A stretch of 64,000 nt of DNA from Octopus sinensis (GCF_006345805.1 NC_042999.1:79732001-79796000); one strand, 5' to 3'; positions 24,701 through 39,405 are shown, counted from the stretch's first letter. The notes: generated by a model from the letters alone, not told the origin. Numbers and translations: made by a program.

Positions 24701-26439
24701 AATGCAACGCAGACATTTCTTTAGTAACATGATGTCTTTCAAACATGGATGCCTATAATGGTTATGATATCCTTATGTTTAAAAACTAGGAGGTGTTAAC
24801 TTCGTCGAATTCTGACGTTGTGATGGTGTTTGTATCAGGTTAAAGTGATATAGTTGGGAGAGTAACATGTTAAGGCAATTGTTGATGTTGTTAGTAGTAC
24901 GCATATTATATATACTAAGGTACTTTCTGTTGCTGCTTTTTGCTTTGAAAGCCTGCTATTTTAGTAAGGTGACTTTGCCATTAGTTTTCCAGTGCTCTTT
25001 GTGGAAGCTACATTTTGAAAGAACGTCAAAATACACTCGCATCATGACAGATGCTGCCTAATCTGAACTAAATATAATTTTGAATTTTACATGTTGTGTA
25101 TTGTGGTAGTATGAATGTTTCCTAAATCATTATTAAATGACGTCATCCGACTGTAGAACACGTGTTTCTGTATCGTCACATTCCATAAGGTACAGACACC
25201 AATTTCAGCTTGATAAAGTTTTTCACATACCGGCAAAGTTATTACTTGTTGTTGACATATATAAATGATAGATAAATGGTAGTTCTTAGTGGAAAGTTAA
25301 CAGAAGGCTGCTGTGTCTGTGACAGACAGAACGTTATGACGCATGAATATTGGAATTAAATGATTTCGCAGTGGAGACCTGAGCATTTAGAGGTCAGCTC
25401 TGTATCTCTACACACATTGTGTATCAGGGATATTCTTCTTCCAAGCCATCTACCCCGAAGAAGCCCTATCCACATTTAAGTGTACGATTATATACTATTC
25501 TATACACACACACACACATATACGTATGTATGTAATTCCAAGAGAGTTAGAGGTTGTGAATCCAACCAACTAAGGGATGACATCTATCCAATATACTGCT
25601 GGTAATAAACCCAATTATTTATACACAAGTGTTCTTTCATTGCATGCCAATTATATTACTGAATGTAATAAATGGGTGAGGTAAAAAGTTATTTTACCCT
25701 TAATTTATACACCAATAAGAAAATGGAGGGGATCAAGAGTTGGTATTCATCAACTTTTAGACATATTATATTTATTTATTTATTTTTTAAATATACATAC
25801 ATTTATAACATTAATTATACATGTATAACCAGTAATTATTAAAATATATAACGTAGAGCATAGAAAGAAGGATAATATCTTACAGTTGTTTCAGTCAAGA
25901 GGCTATAATCCCCATTCTACTTTTATACCTCCAGTGAACTGAAGTATACGGTAGATAAAATTAAGGTACTTGGGTGTGTCTCTGCGCTTCGTCAGAGAGT
26001 TTAGAAAGTTCATAAGGTTAAGTTATAAATATAAATACATACATAGATACATACTTTTACATATACATGCATATACATAAATATATATATAAACGCATAT
26101 ACATATGTATATATGTATATGTGTTTATGTATATTTATGTATATGTATATGTAAAAGTATGTATATATGTATGTATTTATATTTATAACTTAACTTTATG
26201 AACTTTCTAAACTCTCTGAGGAAGGACCAGGCCTCATGCACTCCCAAATGTGATGCATCCAAATTGAGAGAACAAGTATTCCAACCATCAGCGCAAATTC
26301 TCAGTGTAATACGATTAAGATTTCCTCCGAAAATATATGAAATAGAAAGATAGATAAAATTATTAGCACCAACGTCGCTACCACTAGAACCACTACCAAC
26401 GAGAAAATTGGTATCACTACTACTAATACAACAACAACA

Positions 26440-26495
<56 letters not shown>

Positions 26496-26669
26496 AGTAA
26501 CTATTTTTGCTACTGCTACTAATGGTAACGAGGATGAAAATTGTAACAATAATAAAGATGGTGATGATAATAATAATGATTATAATCATTTCAAATTTTG
26601 GCACAAGGCCAGTATTTTCGGGGAAGAGGTAAGTAAGTAGTAGTAGTAGTAATAGTAGTAGTATTAGTT

Positions 26670-26720
<51 letters not shown>

Positions 26721-28149
26721 ATAATCTTAACAAGTAATAATACTGATATTAATAATCTAATGATAGAATACCATTAAGAATGATAATAATAACAAGAAAC
26801 TAGATAATGAAATAAAAATAAATCAAAAACAAGAAGATAAAAACAAAAAAAAATAAACACAACCAAACGATATAGAGAAAGAAAAATAATCAACAACAAC
26901 TAATATACGAAAAGGCAAAAGCAAAACCAAAAAAGAATACGAAAAACAAATACAAATACAAAACAAAACAAGAGAGAAACAAAGAAGCAATTGAGAATAA
27001 GAACTGAAAATAGATGAAGTTTGATGATCAGTTGAGTTGTGATGACTGCCACGTATCTTGACTTCGTTGAAATAATTCTTCTCCTTCATCTATAAATGGC
27101 GTTCAAAGAGATTACCTCAAATATACATACGTGTGTGTGTGTGTGTGTGTGTACATGTATATATGTACGTATGTGTATAGATATGTGGACGTAATAGCGG
27201 TGGGGCGACAGTATACGTATAAATTTCCGATAAAACTGAGCATAATTACATGAAAACATATTAAACTAATGCAATTATATATTAGGTCCGAAACCTAACT
27301 GAATTACGTATATTAAAGAAGTGGAGATGAGAGGAGAAAAGTTTGAGGGTGGTTGGGGAATGAAGAAGCGTAGAATAAAGATATAGAAGAGGTGCAAGAG
27401 AGGAGAGAGAAGATGGGAAAGAGACGCAGAAAGGGAGGGCGTGAGGGACAAAATGAGACACAGTAAAACAGAGGGAGCGAGGGGCGAACGGAGATGAAGG
27501 GGCGGGGAGGAGCAGCAGAAAATAAGATTGAAATAGAGAATTTCATCAGCGGTAAGATATGTCCGCATTTAGGTATACACGCGTATGCATGCATGTATAT
27601 AGGTATATATGTATGTATAGAATGAGAGGCGTATAAGTGAAATTGAGGTTCATAGATAATGACTGTATACATACACACCACACACATGTAAACATACATC
27701 TATCTCTTTATATGTATGTTTGCATGTATATTTGTTTTTGTGTGTGAATATATATATATATAGATAGATAGATAGATAGATGGATAGATAGATAGATGGA
27801 TAGATAGATAAATAGATACATAGGTAGAAAGACAGATAGATAGGTAGATAGATAGATGGATAGATAGATAAATAGATACATAGGTAGAAAGACAGATAGA
27901 TAGATAGATAGGTATACGGATGGATAGTTGGATGGGCAGCTAAACTGACAGATACATGGAAAAATAGATAGTTAGGTAGATGAACTAAGTGAATAGATAA
28001 GAATAAAATAAAAATAATAGATACTATGCTAAAAGGGGAGTTACAAATATTAATACACGCTGCGCAGCAGAGATATATTTAGCTGGCCAATTTATACTCT
28101 GCGATGTACATCTGCAGTATGTACATGTAGTATTATATATATATATATA

Positions 28150-28620
28150 TATATAATATGAAGCTAAAATGATAGTTTTATAATTTGGGTTTTATTGAAG
28201 AACTCAAAAGAGTTGTCTCCCCTTACCCACAACACAGGAACTGAAGAACAGGACCACAATTACTACTACTTCCTGTCCTGCAACATGCTGAATTTAACAA
28301 CAACAAACATCACATGCTCTTAATCCCTTTGGATCTTAACACCTCAAGGTAATTTTTGGAAAACAACCATAAAACTCAAGATACACAACGAACTCACAAT
28401 GTATCGGAGAACTTATTTTTTAATTTTTGTACATTTTTATATTATTCTTTTACAAAAAACAATGCAATTTTCTTTTTTTCCCCTTTCTAATTTTTAAAAT
28501 AACTTCTTAAAACATAAATAATCTTGACAAGTCATACAATGACGAAAACCGGTTGAATAAATATATTTTATATATTTTATCATTTTATCATTTTATTAAA
28601 ATTTTCTTTCATTTGAGCAT
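28150..28620 (+). mobile_element. Probable PLE 3' end fragment with decayed HHR-like motif
   Basis: HALNPFG-like end of the endonuclease, then gtca-tacaa-tgac-GAAA-accggt motif upstream of an AT-rich tail. Confidence 0.4.
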
Positions 28621-28695
28621 TCTGCATTTTTAAAAAAAAATTTTCCTTACTTATCATTTCTCCACGTGCGGTCAACACAACCCCACCATTTATGA

Positions 28696-28765
<70 letters not shown>

Positions 28766-28776
28766 GTATATATATT

Positions 28777-28809
<33 letters not shown>

Positions 28810-28868
28810 ATATATTATATATACATATATATACATATATATAGGTATATGTATATGTATATATAATA

Positions 28869-28903
<35 letters not shown>

Positions 28904-28906
28904 GTG

Positions 28907-28967
<61 letters not shown>

Positions 28968-29084
28968 GACGTCAATCATTGCGACACTTGGGATTGAGAC
29001 TTCTAGATAAGAGTAACCGGCTGATAACTTTAAACTATAAAAATGTGATCCATACACACATTTCATGTATGTGTTTGTTGTCTG

Positions 29085-29305
29085 TGTCTGTGTGTATGTA
29101 TCTATTTTTATTTCTGCTTGCGTTTGTATCTGACCCCTGCTTGACAAGCAGTTTTTGGTAGTGCAAGCACCCGAAATTTACTGATTCAGCAAAGAGATCG
29201 ATGAAAAAAGTACCAGGCATTAAAAATATCAATAATAGGGGTCGATTAGTTCGACTAAAAGCCCTTCAAGGTGGTGCCCTAGCTTGGCCACAGACCAATC
29301 TCTGA
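29085..29305 (+). mobile_element. SINE family A, degenerate 3' half
   Basis: gggtcgattagttcgactaaaagcccttcaaggtggtgccc body motif. Confidence 0.65.
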
Positions 29306-29381
29306 AAAAAGTAAAAAAAAAGCTGAAAAAAATATGCAGTAATATTTGCTGCAATAAAGCACTTAACCAAAAATTTTTCGA

Positions 29382-29422
<41 letters not shown>

Positions 29423-29644
29423 TAAATATATATATACTCATATATATATATATGCGTGTATGTGTGTATGTATGTGTGTGTGGTGTGTGTGTGTGTGTGT
29501 GTGTGTGTTTGAACATGATCGTAAGATCTAAATGCTGTTAAAATTTAGATTGAAATATATTTTTTAATCTCCATCATCCCATTCCCCCTCTCTCTCACTC
29601 TTTCACTATCTGTTGTTGTTATTATCAATATTATTATTATTATT

Positions 29645-30130
29645 CAGTAGTTTTATTTTTATAGCGTGCTTTCACTTCACTACCGAGCGCAGCTCTGTGT
29701 GCCTTGGGTATGTGCTGTGATTTGTTGTGATGCTCTGATGGTTATTGTATGGAAAGTGTTCTGCGTAGGAAGTGTGCAGTGCCTAGTAGTGCAATTTTCT
29801 GTATGTTATATGTGTTTGTAAGTCCTGGTGTTTTTGTTATGTATTTGTCTGAATATTTTTTATCATGCCTAATGCACCTACTATGATAGGAATTGTTTCT
29901 GTTTTCAGATTCCACATTCTAGTTACCTCTATTTCCAGGTCTTTGTATTTTGAGAGTTTCTCCATTTCTTTTAGAGACACGTTGTCATCAGCCGGTATTG
30001 ATACATCAATTAGAAAGCATTTTTTTTCTTCATGATCTCTGACAACTATATCTGGTCTGTTGGCCTTAATTTCTCTATCTGTGTGTATCGGCATATCCCA
30101 GAGTATGGTTGCTTTCTCGTTTTCTGTGAC
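29645..30130 (-). mobile_element. 5'-truncated R4/Dong-clade LINE (REL endonuclease + 3' UTR) between (TAA)n tracts
   Basis: ANRPDIVVRDHEEKKCFLIDVSIPAD...KLSKYKDLEIEVTRMWNLKTETIPIIVGALG is a restriction-endonuclease-like PD-(D/E)xK domain. Confidence 0.9.
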
Positions 30131-30131
30131 C

Positions 30132-30165
<34 letters not shown>

Positions 30166-30223
30166 TATTATTATTATCATTATTATTATTATTATTATTA
30201 TTAGTCGTAGTAGTAGCAGTAGC

Positions 30224-30257
<34 letters not shown>

Positions 30258-30289
30258 CTAATATTTTACTTCATACCCATATTTTATTC

Positions 30290-30450
30290 TTCAGTTAGCG
30301 CATCGGACAAAATGCTTAGCTACACTTCGTCACACTTTATATCCTGAGTTACAATTCCGCCGAGATTAACTTTGCCATTCACCCTTCCGGGAACGATGAA
30401 ATTACTACCAGTTGAGTAGTGGGGTCGATGTAATCAACTATCCCCCAACC
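30290..30450 (+). mobile_element. SINE family B, partial
   Basis: Family B head and central motif. Confidence 0.7.
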
Positions 30451-31445
30451 GAAAAAAAAATCTCACGAAAAATCTATGGAAAAAAAATGGAAGCCCTGTG
30501 CTTGTAGAAGAAATAACTATTATTATTGGTTTACATATTCTTCAAAAAATTATTCTTAATCCATTAAATATATACTGCAAGAATTTCCTAAGTTTACATT
30601 TCATTTTGTACATATTATGATTTATATATATATATATATTTAATACTTTATATCTATGGTCCTTACTGTATATTTGATGCTTTGGGAAGCTCCTCTACCT
30701 CTTCTATTCTATTCTATTCTTCCTCTCTGGCCGTAGAGCCTTTGGTGCCAAGCCGCATGGCAAGAATAGATTACAATTTCTTTTTTTTTTATTGCGTAGC
30801 ATCATCGGCAGGTTTCTTTTGCGTTATGTACTATATATGTATTATGAATGTAGTAGTTAAATTGTATATTAAGCAATATTTTGTGTTTTATTATGTATGT
30901 CATCCATCGTCCATGGACAATTTTCTTGCATGAAACCTGCGCATGGTACCAAATTTTGGGGACAGATATTCCTTACGACCCATATTTAATTCCTTGGACT
31001 TCTAGTCTGACACATAAAGATGATGGACTTGCTAAGATTTTGAAATCTATTGATGATTCAACATATTTAAGGTATCTTTAACGTATTTAAGGTATCTACG
31101 CTTCTTATGCATTAAGTATTCCTATTATATAACGCACTTTTGCATAAACAGTCTCGCACTTATATATTATTTAGCTACACACTAATCTTGACTTATATTC
31201 TAATAAGATATTGTTTTCTAATTCATATTTTTCGAACCTCTATGCCTCCGAAATCCATGAGATTTCAGATACATAGAGGTTTTATATACACCCCTTGAAT
31301 TAATCGATGAGGAGCATATAAACCATTAAATATTAGGAGGTATATGAGGTGATTATGTTTATGCCTTTTGTTACATATGTGTATTTTGTTACACTAAGGA
31401 TGGTCAATTCACTAAACTTAGATTCAGTCCCTTAATTCGTATGAT

Positions 31446-31483
<38 letters not shown>

Positions 31484-31838
31484 TGACCATACAAACCTAA
31501 TTTTATCTACTATCAGTCTTCAATACATTGCATACATATAAAGAGAAAATTGCGTATGTATACTTAAATCTGAAGCATTGATACAGCCATGATATTCTTG
31601 AGATCTGAAGAGCCAACATTCTTTATCTTTAACACTGATTTGTAAATATGCAATTGCGTTGTATAATGTATAGCATGCATATTAATGCAGACATATAAAT
31701 GTAATTTATAAAATGCTAAAATCATTATTACATGAAGAAGGCTGCAAAACAGATGTAATCCCAAGGATGACGAATGGTTAAGTAAGTATATATAACTCAC
31801 ATATCTTCTGATTTTGTTATGGTTCATATACGTATATA

Positions 31839-32000
31839 GGCACAGGAGTGGCTGTGCGGTAAGTAGTTTCCTTACAAACTACATGGGTCCAGGTTCAGTC
31901 CCACTGCGTGGCACATTGGGCAAGTGTCTTCTACTATAGCCTCGGGCCGACCAAAGCCTTGTGAGTAGATTTGGTAGATGGAAAGTGAAAGAAACACGTC

Positions 32001-32075
<75 letters not shown>

Positions 32076-32290
32076 ATATGTTTGTGTGTTTGTGTTTCCC
32101 CCCCCCCCCACATCGCTTGACAACCGATTCTGGTGTGTTTACATCCCTGTAACTTAACGGTTCGGCAAAAAGAGGCCGATAGGAAAAGTACTAGGCTTAC
32201 AAAGAGTAAGTTCTGAGGTCGATTTGCCTGACTAAAGGCGGTGCTCCAGCATGGCCGCACTGAAATGACTGAAGCAAATAAAAGAATAAC
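31839..32290 (+). mobile_element. SINE family A, full copy
   Basis: Same layout as 9027-9482. Confidence 0.9.
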
Positions 32291-33314
32291 AGAATACATA
32301 CATACACACACACAAATACATATATGAGCTTATATGTATGTGTATGTATATATGTTTGTATGCATGTATTTGTGTATGTGTATATGTGAATGAATCTTTG
32401 TGTATGTTTACGTATATAGACATAAGGCATTCTATGTTTATGAATATCTCTCTGTATCGTTTGATATATTTTTATCACTGTCCTTATTTGTTTCTTCGAA
32501 GCATATAATCTTTGCTGTTTCCTCATAATTCGTCTTTATTTACCGTCCGGTTTGGAGACCTCATCATTTCTTCTTATCCCATTTGTCTCGCTTTCTTCTG
32601 TTCGTGTTTGTCTTTTATGTCCGCTCATTTATAACCAAGCAGAGTATGTTGCTGACACCACCAAATCGAACAATATTACCGTAGGTGTCGAAATTGTGGT
32701 TATATTTGGTCGACAACTGATGAGGGAAAATATGTAGCTATTTTTCCGTATGCCTCTTTGACGTCTTCGTGTGCAAGAGTTTTAATGTATGAGTGTGTGT
32801 ATGTGTGTCTGTGTCTCTGTGTGTAAATAGGTGTATGCTTGTACATTTATATATGTGGATGAGTATGCACGCAACTATATGAAGTAGGCGAGTTCATAAC
32901 CTTGTTTGCACTTAGCAGTAGATCAGTGATAATGCAAACATTATCAGAGATGTTATGATCCAATACGAAAGGTTGGGGTTACTTTACGTTTTTTTCCTCA
33001 TTTCTACGCACGTACCTAACTTTTACATGTCTCTTTATTTCCTTTTTCCCTGTTTTTATTTCCGTTTCCCAATTCTTTTTTCTTCTGCGATGGACGTTTT
33101 ATTGCCTGTTTTTATATATTTATTTATCTATTTACATATGTCTTTTTTCCCCTGCTTCATTTTATATATCTTCTTTCACTCTATTTTCATTTCCCTCTTT
33201 ACCTTTTTGCGCATCTTCTAGGTTATATTATATAATGTACGCCGTTTGAATCCATTCGAAACGTATGTATGAAACATATTAAAATTATGAACACTTCGTT
33301 TTGTGATTATTATG

Positions 33315-33353
<39 letters not shown>

Positions 33354-33354
<1 letters not shown>

Positions 33355-33835
33355 GAGGGGTTACCCAAAGTAACGAGAAACTTTCTCTGTGGGAAAGCCC
33401 ACTGCAGTTCCAGCTTCTGCCGCTAGAAGCCACTTGATGCCACCTTCAGGCATCAGTCTGCCGACCGGCATTGTCCTCTCTGATCGTACTGTCACGTTAT
33501 GCGTCTTTGTTTTGCAGTACTTCTCTGTTCATCGATTTTTGCAATGGTTGAAGTGAGGGAACAGTGTACTTCCGTGAAATTTTGTTTCTTCTGGGGAAAA
33601 TGGCGGCCAAAACAGTTGTCATGCTTCATACAGCCTACAAAGTCTGCCACGAGTAAAACGCAAAGTTACGCGTGGTTTTCACACCTGTTGAATGGTCACT
33701 TGTCGCTTAAGGACAAACCGCGTTCAGAACGATCGTCGAACTTGTCGAAAGTGCGAAAACATCAGGAAATTACATGAACTGATCTTGGAGGACTGCCACC
33801 GAACAAGTGATGGCGTGTTCTGGAGCTCCTGCTGG
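33354..33835 (+). mobile_element. Mariner 5' fragment (irritans-like TIR cgagggg)
   Basis: TA|cgaggggttacccaaagt, then EQCTSVKFCF...AWFSHLLNGHLSLKDKPRS (HTH region). No right end seen. Confidence 0.8.
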
Positions 33836-34194
33836 AGAAAAATAAAATATCGTACAATGCCACAAAGATTAGAAGACCTGGAAAATCTGCTGCTTTTCTA
33901 TCATGATTATATAACCGCATTTACGTGAATCAATTCTGGTGCAATAGGTGAAATTAATGAATATTTAACTGACAATTTGAAAATATTAAAATTCTCAGGT
34001 AAAGAATTAATGTGCTAAAATGCACCTTACAAATATAGTCTTCGAGGGCAACAACTGAAAATATGCAAAATTCTGAAGTGCAGCATGTATCAGTTATTAA
34101 TGTTGTTATTTAAATTCCAATTCCAATGACGGAACCCGCTTGTTTGGTAGGCACCAGCTCCTTAGTTGTAAGAAGAATTGAAATAAATACAAGG

Positions 34195-34450
34195 AATGCA
34201 AAGGTCATCTAAACATGCATTCAATCATACATACATATATACATACATACATACGTACATACATGCATTCAATCATTCATACATACATACATACATACAT
34301 ACATACACACATACATACATACATACATACATACATACATACATACATACGTACATACATACATACATACATACTTACGTACGTACATACATACATACAT
34401 ACGTACGTACATACATACATACGTACATACACACAAACGTACGTATATAT
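34195..34450. repeat. (TACA)n microsatellite
   Basis: Seen directly. Confidence 0.98.
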
Positions 34451-34849
34451 ACATAGAAATATGCACAAGAGCTTAGAAATTCTGTTTCTAGGAGAAAGAG
34501 CAAAAGAAACTGACGCAGATTCTCCAAATCGAATTTACTAGTGGTACAGTGAAGATTTGTAAGACATTGCAAAAATTCTCCATGCGAGGATTCCTATGTG
34601 GATAGATGGACACACTTGTATATATATATATGTGTGTGTGTGTATCGACAGTTCAACCAATACACCAAATCAACCTCATATATACAAATACCGGGAAATC
34701 TCAACTCTAAATGTCTAGTCACTTTGTTAGCGACCGGCGTGAACTCTCTTAGAAAAATTTAAATAAAACTCAAAGAAAAATTATATATAGGTACGTACGT
34801 GCGCACATACTACATACATACACACACACTCACACACACACAAACACAC

Positions 34850-35430
34850 ACATGGACTTACAAAGTGTAAACAACATCACAGAGAGACTGTCCCCTTGGA
34901 ATATGCCTTTGCGATATTGTAGCCTAGTGGTGATAATACAGTCACTCTTTGTGTTTAATTTCAAGATGATGGCCCACGATGAAGTCAGGTCAGCTATGGC
35001 TTTGACTATTCTCACTGTGACTTTAGCAAGTTGATGGGCTTCTAGCATCCATGTGTAGGGAACAGAGTCAAATGCTTTCTTGTAGTCTAGCCACATTTAA
35101 ACTAGGTTCCTCATATGCGCTCGCACCTCTGACATCACGGTTTTGTTGATTAACAATTTCTCGGCACATCCTCAAAATCGCTTTTTTCCAACTGCTTGTG
35201 GTGCTCTGATAATGTTATTGATGTCACAATGGTCCTGGAGGAAGAGGTTTAAACATACTGCATATATCTTATACATTAGGTTCTGGCATGCAATTGGCTG
35301 GTAGTGTTTTGCAATGTGTATGGTTCTGCATTTGGGAATCAATTTTGTCTCTGCTAGAGCTAACCAGTGTGGTATGTTACTGTTCCAAATAAAAGCTTGC
35401 GGGTACAGATTGATAAGATATGGTCCGTAG
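34850..35430 (-). mobile_element. R4-like LINE RT fragment
   Basis: TKLIPK...YQPIACQNLMYK; WLDYKKAFDSVP...KGIFQGDSLS. Confidence 0.88.
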
Positions 35431-35541
35431 AATACATACATACATACATACATACATACATGCATACGTACGTACGTACGTACATACATACATACATACA
35501 TACATACATACATACATACATACATACATACATACATACAA

Positions 35542-35800
35542 ACAGTTACTCTACCTAGATTATAAGTTCAGGTTTATACCTGTAATTTTTGGGTCACTGG
35601 AATATGTAACACACTGCTTAAATACCAATCGTAAGAAATTAGGCTCCTCAAAACCAGAAAGGAGAAAGCTGAGCCAATCCATCACTGGAAGTGTAAAAAA
35701 CTGTAAAACTTTCCTGAAGTTTATCATTTGAATATATATGAGCATGTCTAGATATGCAACTGTATGGATGAGAATATATACATAAAACATACAAATCTGC
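35542..35800 (+). mobile_element. R4-like LINE C-terminal fragment, opposite orientation to the adjacent RT piece
   Basis: YKFRFIPVIFGSL...GSVKNCKTFLKF resembles the end of an REL domain. Confidence 0.65.
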
Positions 35801-36434
35801 ACATTCATGCATACATACATACAAAATTATCCTGTTATTGATGTTGAAATTCCAATGAAGGAGGCTTGGAACTAGGTTAGAAACCGTTTCTTTCTCTATT
35901 GACAAGAAATCTTGAAGTAAAGTAAATGACATACATACATGCATACATACATGCATACATACATAGATAGGTCGATAGATACATATATACATTTAAAATA
36001 TAGAAATCGTAGAAAACTTGTTTGAATGGTTGTAACAGACTAAACACTGCTATAGGTACCCAAAGCTGCTAAAGGTACCCAAATCTGCTAAAGGTACCCA
36101 AGAAAAAGGTGCCAGTAAACAATCGAACAATGAATTAAGTCTGGCACTTAAGAACTCATGACATAATCGTCCCGAACAAATACCAGTTTGTATTCTCTTT
36201 GACATTCTCACAATCCCGTTTTCATTTCTTTACCTTTCCATGATTGGCAATTTCTACAAAGTGCACCGAAAGGACAAAACGCAAAGCTGACAACGGAGAA
36301 ATTCGTACTCAGATAGAAGAGAACCGAAAAGAGTACTGCCAATTCTCACATATAAATTATGTCTCGCACTTGGAGACAATATTTTAATTATATAATTTTT
36401 TTATATGTTTCTTATTAAGTTTTAATAACCAACA

Positions 36435-36600
36435 CGAAATGCTTAGCTGTATTTCGTCTGTCATTATGTTCTGAGTTCAAATTCCGCCGAGGTCGATTTT
36501 GCCTTTCATCCTTTCGGGATGAAATTAAGTAGCAGCTGCTTACTGGGGTCAATCTAATCGACTGGCCTCTCCCCTAAAGTTTCGGGCGTTGTGCCTTGAG
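36435..36600 (+). mobile_element. SINE family B
   Basis: gagttcaaattccgccgaggtcgattttgcctttcatcctttcggg. Confidence 0.85.
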
Positions 36601-36638
36601 CAGAAAAGGATATCCACTAGTCTCTCTTTCTTTCTCTC

Positions 36639-36682
<44 letters not shown>

Positions 36683-37403
36683 CACACACATACACACACG
36701 TTCTCTCTCGCTCTTTCTGTATGTCTTTCTGTACATCTTCAATGTCTTCCTATGGTTTATGGATTGACTATTTAGGGGGTTCTGCATGTAAACTGGAGTT
36801 CTTATTGACATAGAAGATTCTCGAACATTTCAAAGCATACGTAACTACGAACGTTCTGGCGACAATGTTCTTGTTTAGATGAATACTGATCAAGAAATCC
36901 TGGGAAAATATGCTCCATCTATGATCATACTATAGTTTTTTTTTCAGGCGTAATATATCTAGAACGATATTATCCAGTATAATTCCAATGTGTTAAAAGT
37001 GTTACCAGGAATAAATTTAACTGCTAGTTCGTGCAGGTTCGGCAAAAACAAAAGCACATTTCGTTATGTGTAGTAACAACGCGTTAGGCAGTGGTTATCG
37101 CTATGTTAAATTTTATTACGTTGTAAACACGCGGTAGCCATGAGATATATCCCAATTCCTTGCGGTATCTAACCGAAAGTTGGTCTGCAGTAGTAACTGT
37201 TCTTTTAGACTATCGAAATTGAGATTTTGGTAAGCGTGTATTAATACTGTGGGAGATAGTGTTCAGTTATGTCGGTCGTAACAGCGTAAAATTGTGGTTA
37301 AGTAAGTGAAAATTGAAGCAACGTATGTATGTATGTATGTAGCATGCACATATACATGCGAATGCTTGTATATATATATATGTATACACAGACATACATT
37401 CAT

Positions 37404-37444
<41 letters not shown>

Positions 37445-37722
37445 CATAAGTAAATATATGATTATATACATACATACTTACATACATATGTATACATACA
37501 TACGTTCATACATTCATGTATATTTATACATATGCATATATATATGAGTGTGTGCGGATGTATATAATATTTGCGTGTGTGTGCGTGTATGTATACATGC
37601 ATGTTTATCTGTATGCATAAGTGTATATATATATGTATATATATATGTATACACAGACATACATTCATCCACACACACACACACATATATATATACATAT
37701 ATATATATATATTATATATATA

Positions 37723-37760
<38 letters not shown>

Positions 37761-38331
37761 TATGTGTGTGTATGTATATATATATATAAGTGATATGTCG
37801 TTGCTAAAAAGTTAAAGAAGCAAAAGAAAATGTGAGTAATTTGCGTTCGTTGTAGGAATTAAAGATATATTAGGGGGGTAGTGTGAGGTTGGGACAGAAG
37901 GAAGTGGTACGTGACGTGGAGACTGATTAGAAAATGGTATAGGGTAGAAGAAAGAATTGGAGAGACAGAGAGAGAAGTAATGAAAATGATGAAGGTTAAA
38001 AGATTGTAGATTGGATTATGCTGCTGACGGATGATCTAAAGCGACAGCTAAAATTAGATGAGATTAACGTGTTGATCTACTCACCCACCTTCTTCCCGTC
38101 GACGAAACTCAACCATCATAATGCTTTTAGTTTTTCTTGTTTCTTTTGTTGTTTTTTTTGTTTTTTTTTTAATTTACTCATCTTTTGAGACTTTTGTCTT
38201 ATGTTTTACCGTTTCATAGATAACTTTCTTCGGAGTTGGTAAGTTGCATAAATACAGAAAGGTTTGTGTGCGTGTGTTTGAGTGTTTAATATATACATAC
38301 ATACGTGCATACTTCTCTCTCTCTCCCTCTT

Positions 38332-38365
<34 letters not shown>

Positions 38366-38411
38366 GGTATATATATATAGATATAGATTTGTATATGTGT
38401 GTCTGTGTTTC

Positions 38412-38473
<62 letters not shown>

Positions 38474-38480
38474 ATATATG

Positions 38481-38537
<57 letters not shown>

Positions 38538-38879
38538 ATATGTGCAGATGTGTATATATGCTTGATTGTATATATTCGTATATAGAAGTATGTGTGAGCG
38601 TATGTGTGTGTGTATACATACGTATGTATGCATTTGCGTTAGCGGGTGGGCAAAGAATGACGCTACTGGATACAGGCGTCCAAGGTCTAAGTTACTGAGT
38701 TTTCAGCTACTAGAATGACAGGAGTAGTACTCGAAAGTCGAGGCAGAGCAACGGATTATATATGTCTTTTTATAAATCGATATAATTATATGGATAAACG
38801 CGCGCGCGCGCACACACACACACACACAAGCCATGATAGGAGACATTAGTTAGACCCGCACACACAAAACAGTTATGCA

Positions 38880-39300
38880 TACGAGGGCTTCTTTCAATTT
38901 CCGTTTACCGAATCCTCTCACAAGGCTTCAGTCGGCCCGGGGCTATAGCGGAAGTCACTTGCCCAATGTGCCGCGAAGTGAGACTGAACTCAAAACAGCA
39001 TGTTTCGGATGCAAGCTATTTAACCACGCAGCTTTAAGTATTTGATATTTTACAGATAAAGGCGTGTATTTTTTATTCCCCTGTTTACACTTCACTTGTT
39101 TCAGTCTTGTTTCAGTTATACGACTCTGCTGTGGCTCTGCCCCAAATATTTTAGTCGCTCAAACTCGCCCTAGTACTGAATATGTTTTGTTTTTGCGTAG
39201 TATTTATTCCATCATTCTCTCTGTCAAAGAGCTGAATTTATCGGGTAAAAACGCCAATATCGGTTGTGAAGGTGTTGGAGGACAAACGCAATGACAAGTA
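38880..39300 (-). mobile_element. SINE family A fragments (head 38880-39030; degenerate 3' half 39085-39300)
   Basis: Reverse-complement matches to family A. Confidence 0.7.
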
Positions 39301-39405
39301 GAGACATACACGTACGCATATACATACGTACATACATACATGCAAACACACAGAGGCACATATACGCGCGCACACCTATGCACACCCACACTCACTTATA
39401 TTATA

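Noticed and set aside
25935-25965. 31-nt exon candidate (ELKYTVDKIK)
   Set aside because: Weak donor (GTACTT) and phase not compatible with the other candidates.
26125-26733. 202-aa poly-Leu/poly-Ser ORF resembling a signal peptide
   Set aside because: Derived from trinucleotide repeats.
36053-36100. 19-bp unit repeated about 2.5 times
   Set aside because: Simple tandem duplication without spacers. Not CRISPR-like.
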